A DNA stretch of 64,000 nucleotides from Camelus ferus (taxonomy: Eukaryota). Shown piece after piece: positions 53,237 to 64,000 of the stretch. A program made the position numbers and the translations under genes. Location of the stretch: positions 13,146,001 through 13,210,000 of the forward strand of contig NC_045697.1 in the NCBI RefSeq assembly GCF_009834535.1, written 5' to 3'. A model generated the notes under the pieces. The model had not been told where the DNA came from and ran no database searches. It worked only from the letters and a program-made list of their open reading frames with translations. Each line of letters starts with the position of its first letter. The stretch's first letter is position 1.

Positions 53237-55739
53237 TAATCAGAATAGATCAATTTACCAGAATAAAATACAGAAGTTATTGGAATAAAAGGCACAGATT
53301 TGGAACCTAGAAAAACAACAAGTTGAGTTGGGAAAATGTTCAGCTTGTGGTTCTCAGGGATTTATTATGTCTCATCACATTAGTGTTGATCCATCATTTC
53401 AATCTTTCTGGCCCTTTAGAGATACCATTTTTTCATCTGAATTGTGAGCCAAATTTCTGGCTGTGATATCACTGATGATGAGAAATGTGTGCAATGAAAT
53501 GGAATTAAAATTATTCTTCCGTAAGTCCCTTTTTTGTATCAGACACCATTCTACATGATATTCATATATTTGTTTTAATCTGACACATCTATTCTATTGT
53601 GATTTTATAGATGAGAAAAATAAAGTTCAGAGCGGTTAACTAGTAAAGCCTAGGTCTTTGAGAAACATGCTATTTTTGAGGTCAATGATCCTAGTAAATA
53701 TATCTAAACAATATCCATGGCCAGTTGGATACTGTTAATACTCAGTGGTTGACAGGAAGAGTTCCATGAAATATTTTAAGGAGTGGTAATTTGAGACATG
53801 CAGAGAAATCCTTCTGGTTAAATACACGTTATCTCCTTTCAAGTACATTTAATACCTTTTCCATCTCTTTCATTCAGCTTTCACAGTCTTCCCCATTTAT
53901 TGAGCTGTCAGGAATGCTCTCCACTTCTGTTAAGGAGGCCATAGGATGAATTCTGTCTTCATGTTGTAAACCACTTAGAGCTTTCTGGGTAGAGTCAGTG
54001 TTACCACTTGAGGGCATCCTGTCATTATGTTCTGTAAGAGTCCTGAACTTCTAAGTCCACCTCAAAATCATAGCTCTCTGACAGAAGGGACTAAGGGGGA
54101 AAAAAAAAAGTCTTTGCCGGAAACGCTGAGGCAGCAGTGAAAACGGTAATTTGCCATGCTAAAGTGTGCTTCCTGGAGGACTAGGTCGGTGAAGAGTGAA
54201 TTTCAGGAAATGCTAAGTCAACAGAAGAGTAAGTGACACAGATAGCAGTTGATGGAATCCTCCTGGCAGGGACCAAAATAGGCATTTCAGACACACTGAG
54301 TGCTCTCCACGTTAAAGTGATTTTGGGGGAGGACTCTGCATTCGAAGTTTTCTTGGAGCGGCGTAGAAAAGGAAAACACCATTGTTAGCAGCATTCATTC
54401 GGTAAGAGTGGCAGCATTTCTCCTTTGAGGCCATCAGTTATGGGGAAGAAGTTGAGAATGAATGACATATCTGATTGGAAAATTTTAATTAATGGTAACC
54501 CTAAGCATTTAGGATAATTTTCCCTCAAGTTTTCAACAAATGTGATCAGAAAAATGCTTTAAAATATATGAAATATTTTAAAATGCTTTAAAATATATGA
54601 AAATGTTTAATTACTGTTAAAATTCAATACATTTTTCTCCATTGTAGAATAATAAATTTAAAATATCTGTACTCATTGTGACCACTTAATTTTCCCTTTG
54701 TGTCCATTCAGGTTTGCAGAAAACAAAAACAAACAAACAAACAAAAAACCTAATGAATAGATTCTAAGCAAAGAGAAGCACTGTCCCCTACAGAGAAAGT
54801 CATAGTCAAATTTAGGGTACGGCACACAAAGTTATACCTCAAAATATTGAACTCCAATAACCCAATACGTTTAAGTGATCTAACATAGTCTATAATTTGG
54901 GAGAGTGTCAAAGTATTTATGAAAAACAGTATAAGTTTTTAGTTTCATACAACTCCTTAATTTTTTAGCATACACTTTATGATTTGAATGACTAGCAATA
55001 CTTTGTTGTACACCAAATTGCCTTTACTTTTGTTGGAGGTTATAAAATGACATGTGTATGAAAACAAAACATAGACGACAAGCCTATTTTTGTATTTGAC
55101 AGACATTGAACTATTTTTTTCTATTAAGTTGATTTAGTATGATGCGTATAATATAAAGAGGAAATATGTTTTACAATAAGGAAGTCCAAATCAGAACTAA
55201 TCTTAGAGCAATTATTCCCGTATATTACAAAATGCAACATAACATAACATTATATAATCCTTAAGTGAACAAGGTTAATTATATTTACACAGCAGCTGGT
55301 TAGTCTTAGGAAAGTTGGTTCAATGCCGTTCCTGACAGTTTTGAAATGAAGGGATCATGAGTGTTAGATTTTTTTTCCTGTCTTCATGGTTAAATCCTTC
55401 ATACCAATAGCTGCTGGTAGGCTATTAGCAGCCACAGCAGGTCAGCAGAGGAATGAGCCATGTCAAGTAGTTATTGGTTTAGGGGCAGTATTCTTTAACA
55501 CACTGTCATGACTGCTTCCGTATGACAAGATAGCATCTGAAAAAGATCTGGAAGTAAACTTCTAGTTAAAGGCAAACGATCAATTCTCCCAACAGGAAGA
55601 TGTGTCACCAATTTTCTCAGAAGCTTGGTCTTGGATTTCTATTCAAAATGGAGTTAAAGTCCTGCACATACATTCAGAGAAAGAAAAAAAAAAAAATCCT
55701 CCTGGTTCAGAAATAGGTCCTGCTTGTCCAAAATAAAAA

Positions 55740-56600
55740 TTTCCAGTTTGGATTTTCCTGATCGCTTCCGGAAGACAGAAAGCCCTAGCGGTAGCAGACT
55801 AGAAAAAACATCCCCTGGGGAGCTGAAAGCCATTTATTGTAGGCAAACCACCAAAGAGGGGAGAAAAAAAAAAAAAAAAAAAAAAGAAAAGTCTAGTGAG
55901 GTCTTGTTTAAATTTCAAACAAAGCATGTGTATGTGATGTATAGTAAACAAGTACTCCGAATTGATTTCCTTGAGGGCAAAGAAAAAAACGTTGCTTCCC
56001 AACAAACCTTAAAAGTAAAAATTCACAGAGAGCATGACTATGAAATTTTCATTCACCTTATAAATGGCGGGTGAAAAGCAACCGGCTGCAGGGCTAACTT
56101 CTTTTTCATCGAATCAACAAGCTGCTCCTGTTGCGTGAAATGGAATGAAATCAATGCCATGGCCTTTTTAAGCGGCAACGGGGATCTCTTTACTGTGAGA
56201 AGAGATTTGCTGAATAATTGTAAAATGAGATGATTTTGGAAGTCAGTTAACAGCTTTGCCAGGGAGACCCTCAGAACCCTCCTGTCCATCGTATCTACGC
56301 CCCCTCCAACAGGCATTTCATTTACCGGAAATCATTTTTCTTGCCCTCATCAGCCAACATATCCGCCCAGTAAAAAAAAAAAAAGGAATTCAAAAAAGCG
56401 ACAGTGACAATGACATGTGCTAACTCTTGGCATGATAAAGATAAAGGACATGGAAAATTGTCATTCAGTGTCCATTAATTTCATTGTAAAACAGAAGAGT
56501 GAATGTGTTTCAGAGTTTTTTCATTAGCGCGTGTCTGCTGTGGTTCTCTGTGTGAGTGACATGGCAGGAAGTGAGGGATGGCATGAAAAGGTGCAGTTTT
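55740..56600. promoter_or_regulatory. Candidate conserved enhancer (repeat-free, CpG-retaining; GATA, RUNX and ETS motifs)
   Basis: About 18 CpG in ~0.8 kb; TGATAA-AGATAA 56433-56444, TGTGGTT 56539-56545, CAGGAAGT 56565-56572, ACCGGAAAT 56324-56332. Confidence 0.45.
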
Positions 56601-58049
56601 TTTGGTAGTCCATAAAGATATTCCTCACTTTATTGGCTAAAAGGAGATGGGCTTATTAAAAGATGTTGTAAATTGAATATTTAATGTTATTTTGAGTATC
56701 AGTTACAAACATTTGGAAATATAATTTTCTGAGATTTTACTTTGACCCTAAGTTATAATATAAAACAAACTTAAAAAATATAGCATTCATTTATGTACCA
56801 TTATTTAAAGCAAAGATAATGAAATTCTGATAAAATATGCATAAAGATGCTCAAAAACATAAAATTTATAGTCATTCCTATTTTTAGCAAAGTAGCCTAT
56901 ATAAAGAGGAAAAATAATAATGAGGATTTAACCAAATGTAACAAACTCATACTGAACCCTCCCTCCCCTCTTCACAGCCCCAGTTTTTATTCAACCAGTT
57001 GTGCATAGTCTATGATAAAATAAGTAAACAGATTTTTGAGAAGAGTTACAAGATAAATAGATTTTAGGCTTAAGACCTGAAGGTGTTATTTTGGAAGAAA
57101 GGAGTAAAGGAAACTCAGAAAGAGCAGAGCTCATGATTCAGAGCACAAGAGTAACACAGGAAGGGAAAGTGTATTTCCTTGAACATGTGTGACATTCAGT
57201 AAAGCCAATTATCAGCCACTGCATGGTGGAATAGTGACCTTCTTTAAAATTATATAGATGTCAGTTTTTATAGATCTCTACACAAGCAGGTATTCTGTTA
57301 TTGAATTCTGACTTAAATGGCAGACTTTCATTTCTAGTCGCGTGACAGTCTATACACCCCGAATGACCATCCCAATGAAACCAATGAAGTGTTTATAAAT
57401 AAAATATATTTTAAATTTTAGTTACTGCATTACTGAGCAGGCATTTTAGAAAAACCAGTATCAGAGACAAAAGTAAAGCAAAAGCAGAAACCCTGGAGAG
57501 TAAGTGAGCTCCAGAACCGGCTGGAGGTTCTAAAATTCTGGCATAAAACTGGAACCCTCAAAGTGCTGTATCTGTCTTCTAAAACTCCAGAGATGAGGCT
57601 CTTCACCATTACGCGTAGGCACACAGTGCCACACCATGTGAGAAACGCCACACACAATTTCACAGCCTCTGGAAGTGGTGTAGTTAGTTTTCCTGATTCC
57701 TTTTGTACCCAGGAAGAAAAAGTTTTGCTTTTAAACAATTTTAGATTTTAGAAGACATATATTTCCTTATTTAACCTCTAAATGACTCTATGATGTTAGA
57801 ATCTTTTATTACCCTGATTAAGAGATTAGGAAAACCATGGTCAGTGAGAACAGAGACTAATGCAGAATTAAACTTAGTTTTTTTCTGATTTGGAAGCCTG
57901 TTTGCTATACAAAACTGTCGAAACAGTCTGTTAATGTGGGGAATTTTATCTACTAAAGCATCCAGCCTACACCTGTGGAATAGTTTCTGCTCCGGGAAAC
58001 TTTGAATCCCTGTCTAATAGATTGTTAAAAGCCTTAAAAATGTGTGACA

Positions 58050-58081
<32 letters not shown>

Positions 58082-58137
58082 TCTTGCTTTCTTTCTTTCT
58101 TTCTTTCTTTCTATCTTTCTTTCTTTCTTTCTTTTCT
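58050..58137. repeat. Compound (GCTT)8(CTTT)n microsatellite
   Basis: Eight GCTT units (58050-58081) grading into CTTT units. Confidence 0.97.
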
Positions 58138-59484
58138 AATGAATCAGCTTAGAAATTGAGTACAGAACAGAGTAGCAGAAAACAATGATACCTACATGTC
58201 ATTCTGAACCTTCTTCTCAAAATAGTAAGGTAACATTCTTTAAAATAGCCATTGAAGTTATTAAACACAATGTATTCAGTCACACCTATGTGGATAGCTC
58301 AGTCAGTCAGGACCAGGAGAGGTAAAAAATTTGAATTCAAAACCATCTGCATCTGAGGTTTCATACCAACTCCTTTCTCTTCCTCGGTTTCATTGGGTCA
58401 TCTATGAAACCAGAAAGGGCTTTCAATTAAATAACCTAAAATCTGTAACATTTTTTATTTAATAAAACAATCTAATGCTTCAGCCATAAGCTTGATAACA
58501 TTAAAAAAAAAAACCCAAATAGCAAAAAACAGAAAATAAGGGAACCCAAGACCCAACTGCAGATATTTTATGGCAAATAAAATCTTATACCAAAAACACA
58601 ATGGGAGTTAAGTTTTCCTGAAAAGGAAAAATTTTATGATGATAGTGATGATGATATTGATGAAAACTGTGTATCATGTGAGATACATACACGTACACAA
58701 TCTCTCTCCTTTATATAATTAGAGGTAATTATTTTAAAATGCTGTTTTCCTTTGGCGTTTGAGACATCTGGGGAAAGGAAGAATACAGGGACTAGGACTA
58801 CATTATTATAAGGACAACCTGTTGCACTGTAACACTGAGAGGCTATTAACAAAATGGAGGACTAGCTCCCACAGTCCTAAGGGGTTTGACAGGCAGTTCA
58901 GTAATCCAGAAGGTGACACTTTCATATCCTGGATGGTGGGAGTAGAGTAAGTGAAAAGAATTTTTAATTTATATTTGGGTGTGTGAGTTCTCTCTCTCTC
59001 TCTCACTCTGATTTTTATCATTTACAAAAAAGAGTGAATTACTAAAAAAAAAGGTGAATTTTGGCTTGTTCACTGACACAGTGCAAAGATGACTCGGTTT
59101 TATTTGGGCACTTTTTTCCCAGATGCGGTAGGAAATTGTTTCTCTAGCTCCTCATTCAAAATCTGCCCTCTCCTTTAGGCTTCCTACAAAATAATAATAA
59201 TACACACTGCTAAATTGCATCGCTATTGCTCTTCAGAAACTCTTCCTAAATATTATTTTATTTAATTATCACAACAACTCTAAAATGCTGGAAGGGCAGA
59301 TGCTTCTATTTCCACTTTGAAGATGGAGATACTAGAGTTTAGCATGGAGAACGTTATTACTGAGACCCACAGCGATTGCTCCTGCTTCTAAAGCCTTGGG
59401 GAACGTGCAGCCTGTACCATTTTTTAACCTAGGTCTTAGATGGGGATCTTTCTGATGAGTAATAATACAGCGGTAACTAGCACG

Positions 59485-59710
59485 TATAATTCTTGCTGTA
59501 TGTCAAGTACTGTTTAAGAGTTTTATACGTGTCAATTCTTTAATCATCACCTTAACCCTATGAGGTAAGCAATATATCGGGTCCATTCTGCCGAGGAGGA
59601 AACTGAAACACAGGGAGGTCAAGTGATGTCCTCAAGACCACAGGTTTAACAGGTGGTAGAGACCAGATATAAATGAAGGTGGTCTGGTTCCAGAATTTGT
59701 GCTCCAGCAT
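59485..59710 (-). mobile_element. MIR SINE
   Basis: 'ttaatcatcaccttaaccctatgaggtaag...gaggaaactgaaacacagggaggtcaagtga...caagaccaca...gtctggttccaga'. Confidence 0.9.
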
Positions 59711-60244
59711 ACATTAGCATTAGATTGCAGTTTTGGTACAAATGACATTGCCCTTACTATTTTCAGTTATAGCTGCAATGCTGTATGTTTAATTGTGGCT
59801 ACAAGGATGCTTTTGATTATTTAATAGAATAATCATGGAATTCTGTTTGAAGACTATCAATCTCTGAATGCTCATGGAGAGGCTTTTCAGTGATCTGTGC
59901 CTGCCCTCCGTCCCATAACTCAATTACTTGCTACTATATTTGAATATGATACAGGTTAGAAAATGCGAGTGAGGGCTCCTAAGATAATCAGGTTTCTTCA
60001 GCCAACTATAATTTTACTATTAATCTGTTAGAGTGGCAGGAGGCCTCTGGAAGGAGAAGGGTGGAGACGGATCATATGTATAGGTATCCCATATTTTACA
60101 TGTCAGCACCTCAAGGGAAGCAGTTGCTGTTATTTTATTTGACAAATTTGTTTGAATTTACTATTTTACCTTTAGTTGACATTCCCAAGAGCATTTCACC
60201 ATTTCAGCAAGATTTCACTTCAGCAAAAAGTGTTCTTTCCTGGA

Positions 60245-60272
60245 AAACAAACAAACAAACAAACAAACAAAA
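60245..60272. repeat. (AAAC)n microsatellite
   Basis: aaacaaacaaacaaacaaacaaacaaaa. Confidence 0.95.
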
Positions 60273-60704
60273 CACTGTTTCTGTTATCCTGGATTCAGCC
60301 CTGGAGTGAAGTGGTTCATGCATCTCTCCATTGGAGCCCTGGAAATTTGGGAAGGCTCACCATAGCCAATATTAATAACCCACCCCTGGGTTCCAAAGTC
60401 ACCAGATAGGTTGCAACACTTCCTACTGATATTTGTGAGATTAACTCTCCCGCATGGCTCTTGGGATTTCCCTTCTCTGCTATCAAGCCTCCCTGAAACT
60501 AGTATCATTTAGAAAGATCCAGCACAATTCTAGGTGATTGGTTAATTAATGTATATTTCAACACTTGAAATTCAACTCAGAGAATCTTGCAGACAGTTTG
60601 ACTCAAAATACTAAAAGATAATGCAGGACGACAAATTTCAATGCTCTGGCTTATTCTATTGCAAGTATCTGATAATTTAGGCATTTCATATGAGGCTAGA
60701 GGAA

Positions 60705-60830
60705 ATACGGTACAGTGGTTAAAAGCAGACTCTGGAGGTAGCCTGTTTGGATTCACATGATTCTGCCACCAGGCAAGAGGGCATTTTTAAACTCTTAGAA
60801 TAGTGCCTGGTGCATAGCACGCCACGCTTT
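60705..60830 (+). mobile_element. MIR SINE with internal deletion
   Basis: Head 'tacagtggttaaaagcagactctggag...cctgtttgga' is joined to tail 'cttagaatagtgcctggtgcatag'. Confidence 0.7.
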
Positions 60831-62004
60831 ATCATTATGATGTATCAGTATGACCTACAAAGAAGATGCTGTCCTCTGGGTCAGTTGAACTTAAAGTAAT
60901 TTTTACCCAAGAATGACACGAAGAGACTTTTAAAAATACAAGTTTATGAACTCTACCTCAAATCTATTTAATCTGTATCTCTGGCAAATTACAGCCTAGA
61001 AATTTCTATTTGAAGGGAAAAAAAATTGATGCAGTTTATGTAGGGGTTTCTGATATAGTAGGTTGAAGCCAATACCTTAAGCACAATAGACTAAAGACTT
61101 TTTTGACCTATTTAGCCTCGTTTCCTTAATGCTATCGAATCTTCACATTTCTAGGGTATTGCACTAAAACTACCCAAAGATTCCATCCTCAAGTATTTAT
61201 AAAATGCCTAGCTTATATATTTTGCTAGTTTTCCAGCTAGAATAGACATGGCAGCATTCACATTCATCTTACAACAGAGAGCAGGGTATTTAATGTTACC
61301 CTAAATTGTAAACATTACAGTTTAAGAAAAAAAAAAAAAGAAAAGGGCAGTAAGTGACTCTTCGGGCATCCTAATGGAAAGGTGATGTGTGAGTGTTTGC
61401 TTCAGCCTCTCCCGGTGTGACTGTTGGAGCAGTAATACACGTGAGCAGGGAAAAAGTGAAGACTCAGTGCTGTTACAGCAAAGCGATGAGTTCCCAGAGC
61501 CATAAGAGGAGCACTGCCAGCAAGGCTCTGGTGTGCCAAAATCAGTCTGAACCAGCACTACAGCAGAACTAAGGGAAAGAAAGCAACTTAAAATTTCAAG
61601 CACTGCTAAAAATAATGTGTTAACCATTAAGAAAGGTTGTGAGATTGGTTAGCTCAACAGGCTTAGGCGAGGTTCTCGCATTTTCACTTTGAAGTGGTCA
61701 GTCAAGCTGCTTTACATCACACAGGATGAATGCTACTCCTTGAAGATGAGGAGTTTATGACAGTAAAATTGGGAGTGGAAAGAACAATAGTACGTACGTT
61801 ATCAGGTTGTTGTGATGTTTTAAGGAGATAGTATGTTGAAAACACATAGAAGAGTCTTTTGCACATGACTGTGTTATGTAATTATTAGGGTAAACATTAT
61901 GTCCACAATATGTCTTATTAAGATTACTTTATACTGGAAGTTCTCAAAGTATGGCCTGCTTTTTATCAGTTTAGAAATTTTATTGGTTCTAAAAGGTCAG
62001 AACT

Positions 62005-62860
62005 ATTTTTTAAAAATTTAATTGTGGTTTAAAAAAAAATAGAAACCCACAACAGAATGGATAAACCAAATGTGGTGTGTATATATAGCATTTTATTTAT
62101 CCACTCGTCTATTGATGGAAACTTGGATTGCTTCCACATTTTGATTGTTACACATAAGTGTAATGCTGTTATGAACATGGATGTACAAATACTATTCCAG
62201 TTCCTGCTTTCAGTTTTTTGAGTATATACTCAGAAGTGAACTTGATGGATCTTATGTTACTTCTAATTTTAATTTTTTGAGAAACCACCATGTTTTCCTG
62301 AGTGGCCGCACAATTTTATATTCCCACCAACAGTTCAGAAATGTTCCAATTTATCCACATCTTCACCAAAACTTCTCTCTCTCCTTCCTTCCTTCCTTCC
62401 TCCCGAGGGGGGCGGGAGGGAGGGAGGGAGGAGGGAGGGAGGGAGGCGGGAGGGAGGGCAGGGGTGAGGAGAGGGGCGGGCGGGCCGGAAGAAGAAGGGA
62501 GGGAGGGCGGGAAGAAAGAAAGAAAGGAGGAACGCAAACGAACGGGAGGAGCAGAAAGAAGGGGGAAGGAGGGAGGAAGGGGTGCCGGCTGAGAAGGGGG
62601 GCGGCGTACTTTCGTGCGGCAGGTGATGCTTGCGGGCGGCAGGGCGGAGGGAGGCGGGCGGAAGGGGGGAGGGAGGGTTTGTTATTGAGGTCTTCTGTGC
62701 TTTCGGGTTTCGTTTCTTCTTTCTTCTTTCTTTCTTTGTTTTTTCTTGTTCCTCCCCCTTTCTCTCTCTCTTTCTTTCTTTTTCTTTCTCCTCTTTTCTT
62801 CCTTCCTTTTTGTGTAGTAGCCATCTTAATTGGTGTGAGCTGGTTAGCCCTCATCCTGAA
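62005..62860 (-). mobile_element. L1MA/MB-type ORF2 3' fragment, rearranged, containing a simple-repeat block
   Basis: 'tttatccactcgtctattgatggaaacttggattgcttccac...atgaacatggatgtacaaata...attcccaccaacag...gttccaatttatccacatcttcaccaaaact' continues after the repeat block as 'tagtagccatcttaattggtgtgag'. Confidence 0.9.
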
Positions 62861-63084
62861 GTGATAGCATAAGTAGAATGGGATTTTCTACATTTTCTAC
62901 TAACTTTGTAGATACTATTGTTCAAATTCAGGCTTCTAATGCTGCTTTTGAAAATGTAGCTGTGCGTATGATTAATCATCCTTCATTTACAAGTAAATCT
63001 ATCCTTTCTTTGTGATCACTTTTAAGATTGTCTGTTTGTCTTCAGTGTTCAGTACTTTGATTCAGGCGTGTCTAGGTGTTCACT

Positions 63085-64000
63085 GATCTACTGAAATGTG
63101 CTTATCAAGCCAACAATGACCTCCAAACTAACTCCTAAAGTACATGGATATCTGTCCTCAGTCTTTCAGCATATTTTGGGATTATTCAACAAAAATAAAT
63201 ATTTCCATTTATTGAAACACTCAGTTTCTGTGATTCCACATTCTCATAGCTTTCCTTTATCCAAATAATAATTCCAGGTAGGATTTTTTTTGTACGTTCC
63301 TTAGTCCTATCTGACCTCTAAATATTTGATATTCCCAAGATTGGTGACAGGTTTTACTCTCTTCTCTCTTGCTACACCTTTTCTGGGTGATCACCTCCAT
63401 GTCAGTGGTTTTAAATATCAGCTATATGTTTATGACTCCTAATTATATACTTTTGGCCCAAACTTGCTCCAAGTTTCATACACATATGGCAGATCTTCTA
63501 TCTAGAGTGACCTCTGAAATTTATTGAGTGGTATTAATGACTACTCTCATCATTCTAACATTTTTCTCACTCAATCCAGTCTGCTCCATATAATATAAAT
63601 GATGTCACCATCAAACAAGATGTTTGAGCCAAAATGTAGTAGTAACACTCTCTCTGTATCCTCTACATCTTAACTCCCCGCATGTTCTACAATTACTGTC
63701 TCTATCTTCACTGGATATCCATAGCTAAAACTACTCTCAACTCTCACCTGGTCACCTCCAAAGATGGTCTCTGAGACTGGGTTTTCCATCTTACCTTCCA
63801 ATAGTCTATTCTATTTTAAATAGAGTAATCTTTTGAAAAATGTCAATCAGATCAAATTTCTCCCCTGCTCGAAAGCTTCCAAGGGACTTAGAATAAAGTC
63901 TGAACTTCCTAATGGTAACCCACAAATTTAGCATGCTTTTTCTCTGGCCACCTCTCCAACACCATCTGCTGCTGCTCTCTCCTTTGCTCACTGGTCTGTA
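63085..64000 (+). mobile_element. L2 LINE
   Basis: 'ccaacaatgacctcc...tctgacctctaaatattt...ttaaatatcagctatatg...gactcctaat...agagtaatcttttgaaaa...cttagaataaagtctgaacttcct'. Confidence 0.85.

Noticed and set aside
30832..54602. Short direct repeats (30.8, 40.0, 54.6 kb) as a CRISPR-like array
   Set aside because: Each has only two copies, they are unrelated to each other, there are no spacers, and the context is eukaryotic.
62400..62715. Apparent CpG island / GC-box promoter
   Set aside because: It is embedded in a microsatellite inside an L1, is strongly strand-asymmetric, and looks like noisy GGGA repeat rather than a normal CpG island.
62181..62864. Longest ORF (227 aa, G/R/E-rich) and overlapping 163, 96, 80 and 73 aa ORFs
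   Set aside because: The N-terminus is antisense L1 and the rest is translated simple repeat that lacks stop codons; the region may also be an assembly artefact.
1..64000. A novel multi-gene system or an identifiable host gene
   Set aside because: No ORF has a recognisable domain or consistent exon structure, and I could not identify the locus from sequence alone. Small exons of a large gene cannot be excluded without alignment.

Overview
This 64 kb window is AT-rich, CpG-depleted eutherian non-coding DNA (intergenic or deep intronic). I found no supportable protein-coding exon, RNA gene or CRISPR array. All supplied ORFs look like chance frames or repeat/microsatellite artefacts. The window is a mosaic of ancient interspersed repeats (MIR, L2, L3/CR1, L1M-type, MLT1/MLT2 LTRs, hAT-type MER58A and MER103-like), younger L1 3' ends, and a tRNA-Ala-derived SINE resembling camelid Vic-1. 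The SINE, with no recognisable Alu, Bov-A/tA or PRE-1, suggests a camel, alpaca or llama genome (inference). Most notable: (1) a ~40-bp tailless tRNA-Ala/SINE 5'-half insertion with a perfect 15-bp target-site duplication (20564-20634); (2) an L1 with a fold-back junction and a strand-flipped, CpG-rich purine block that may be an assembly artefact (62005-62860); (3) several repeat-free, CpG-retaining or motif-dense candidate enhancers/promoters (~16.3-16.75, 28.8-29.35, 36.7-37.35, 54.1-54.4, 55.7-56.6 kb). I see no evidence of a new multi-gene system. Repeat family and subfamily names come from recalled consensus sequences by eye, and most boundaries are approximate.
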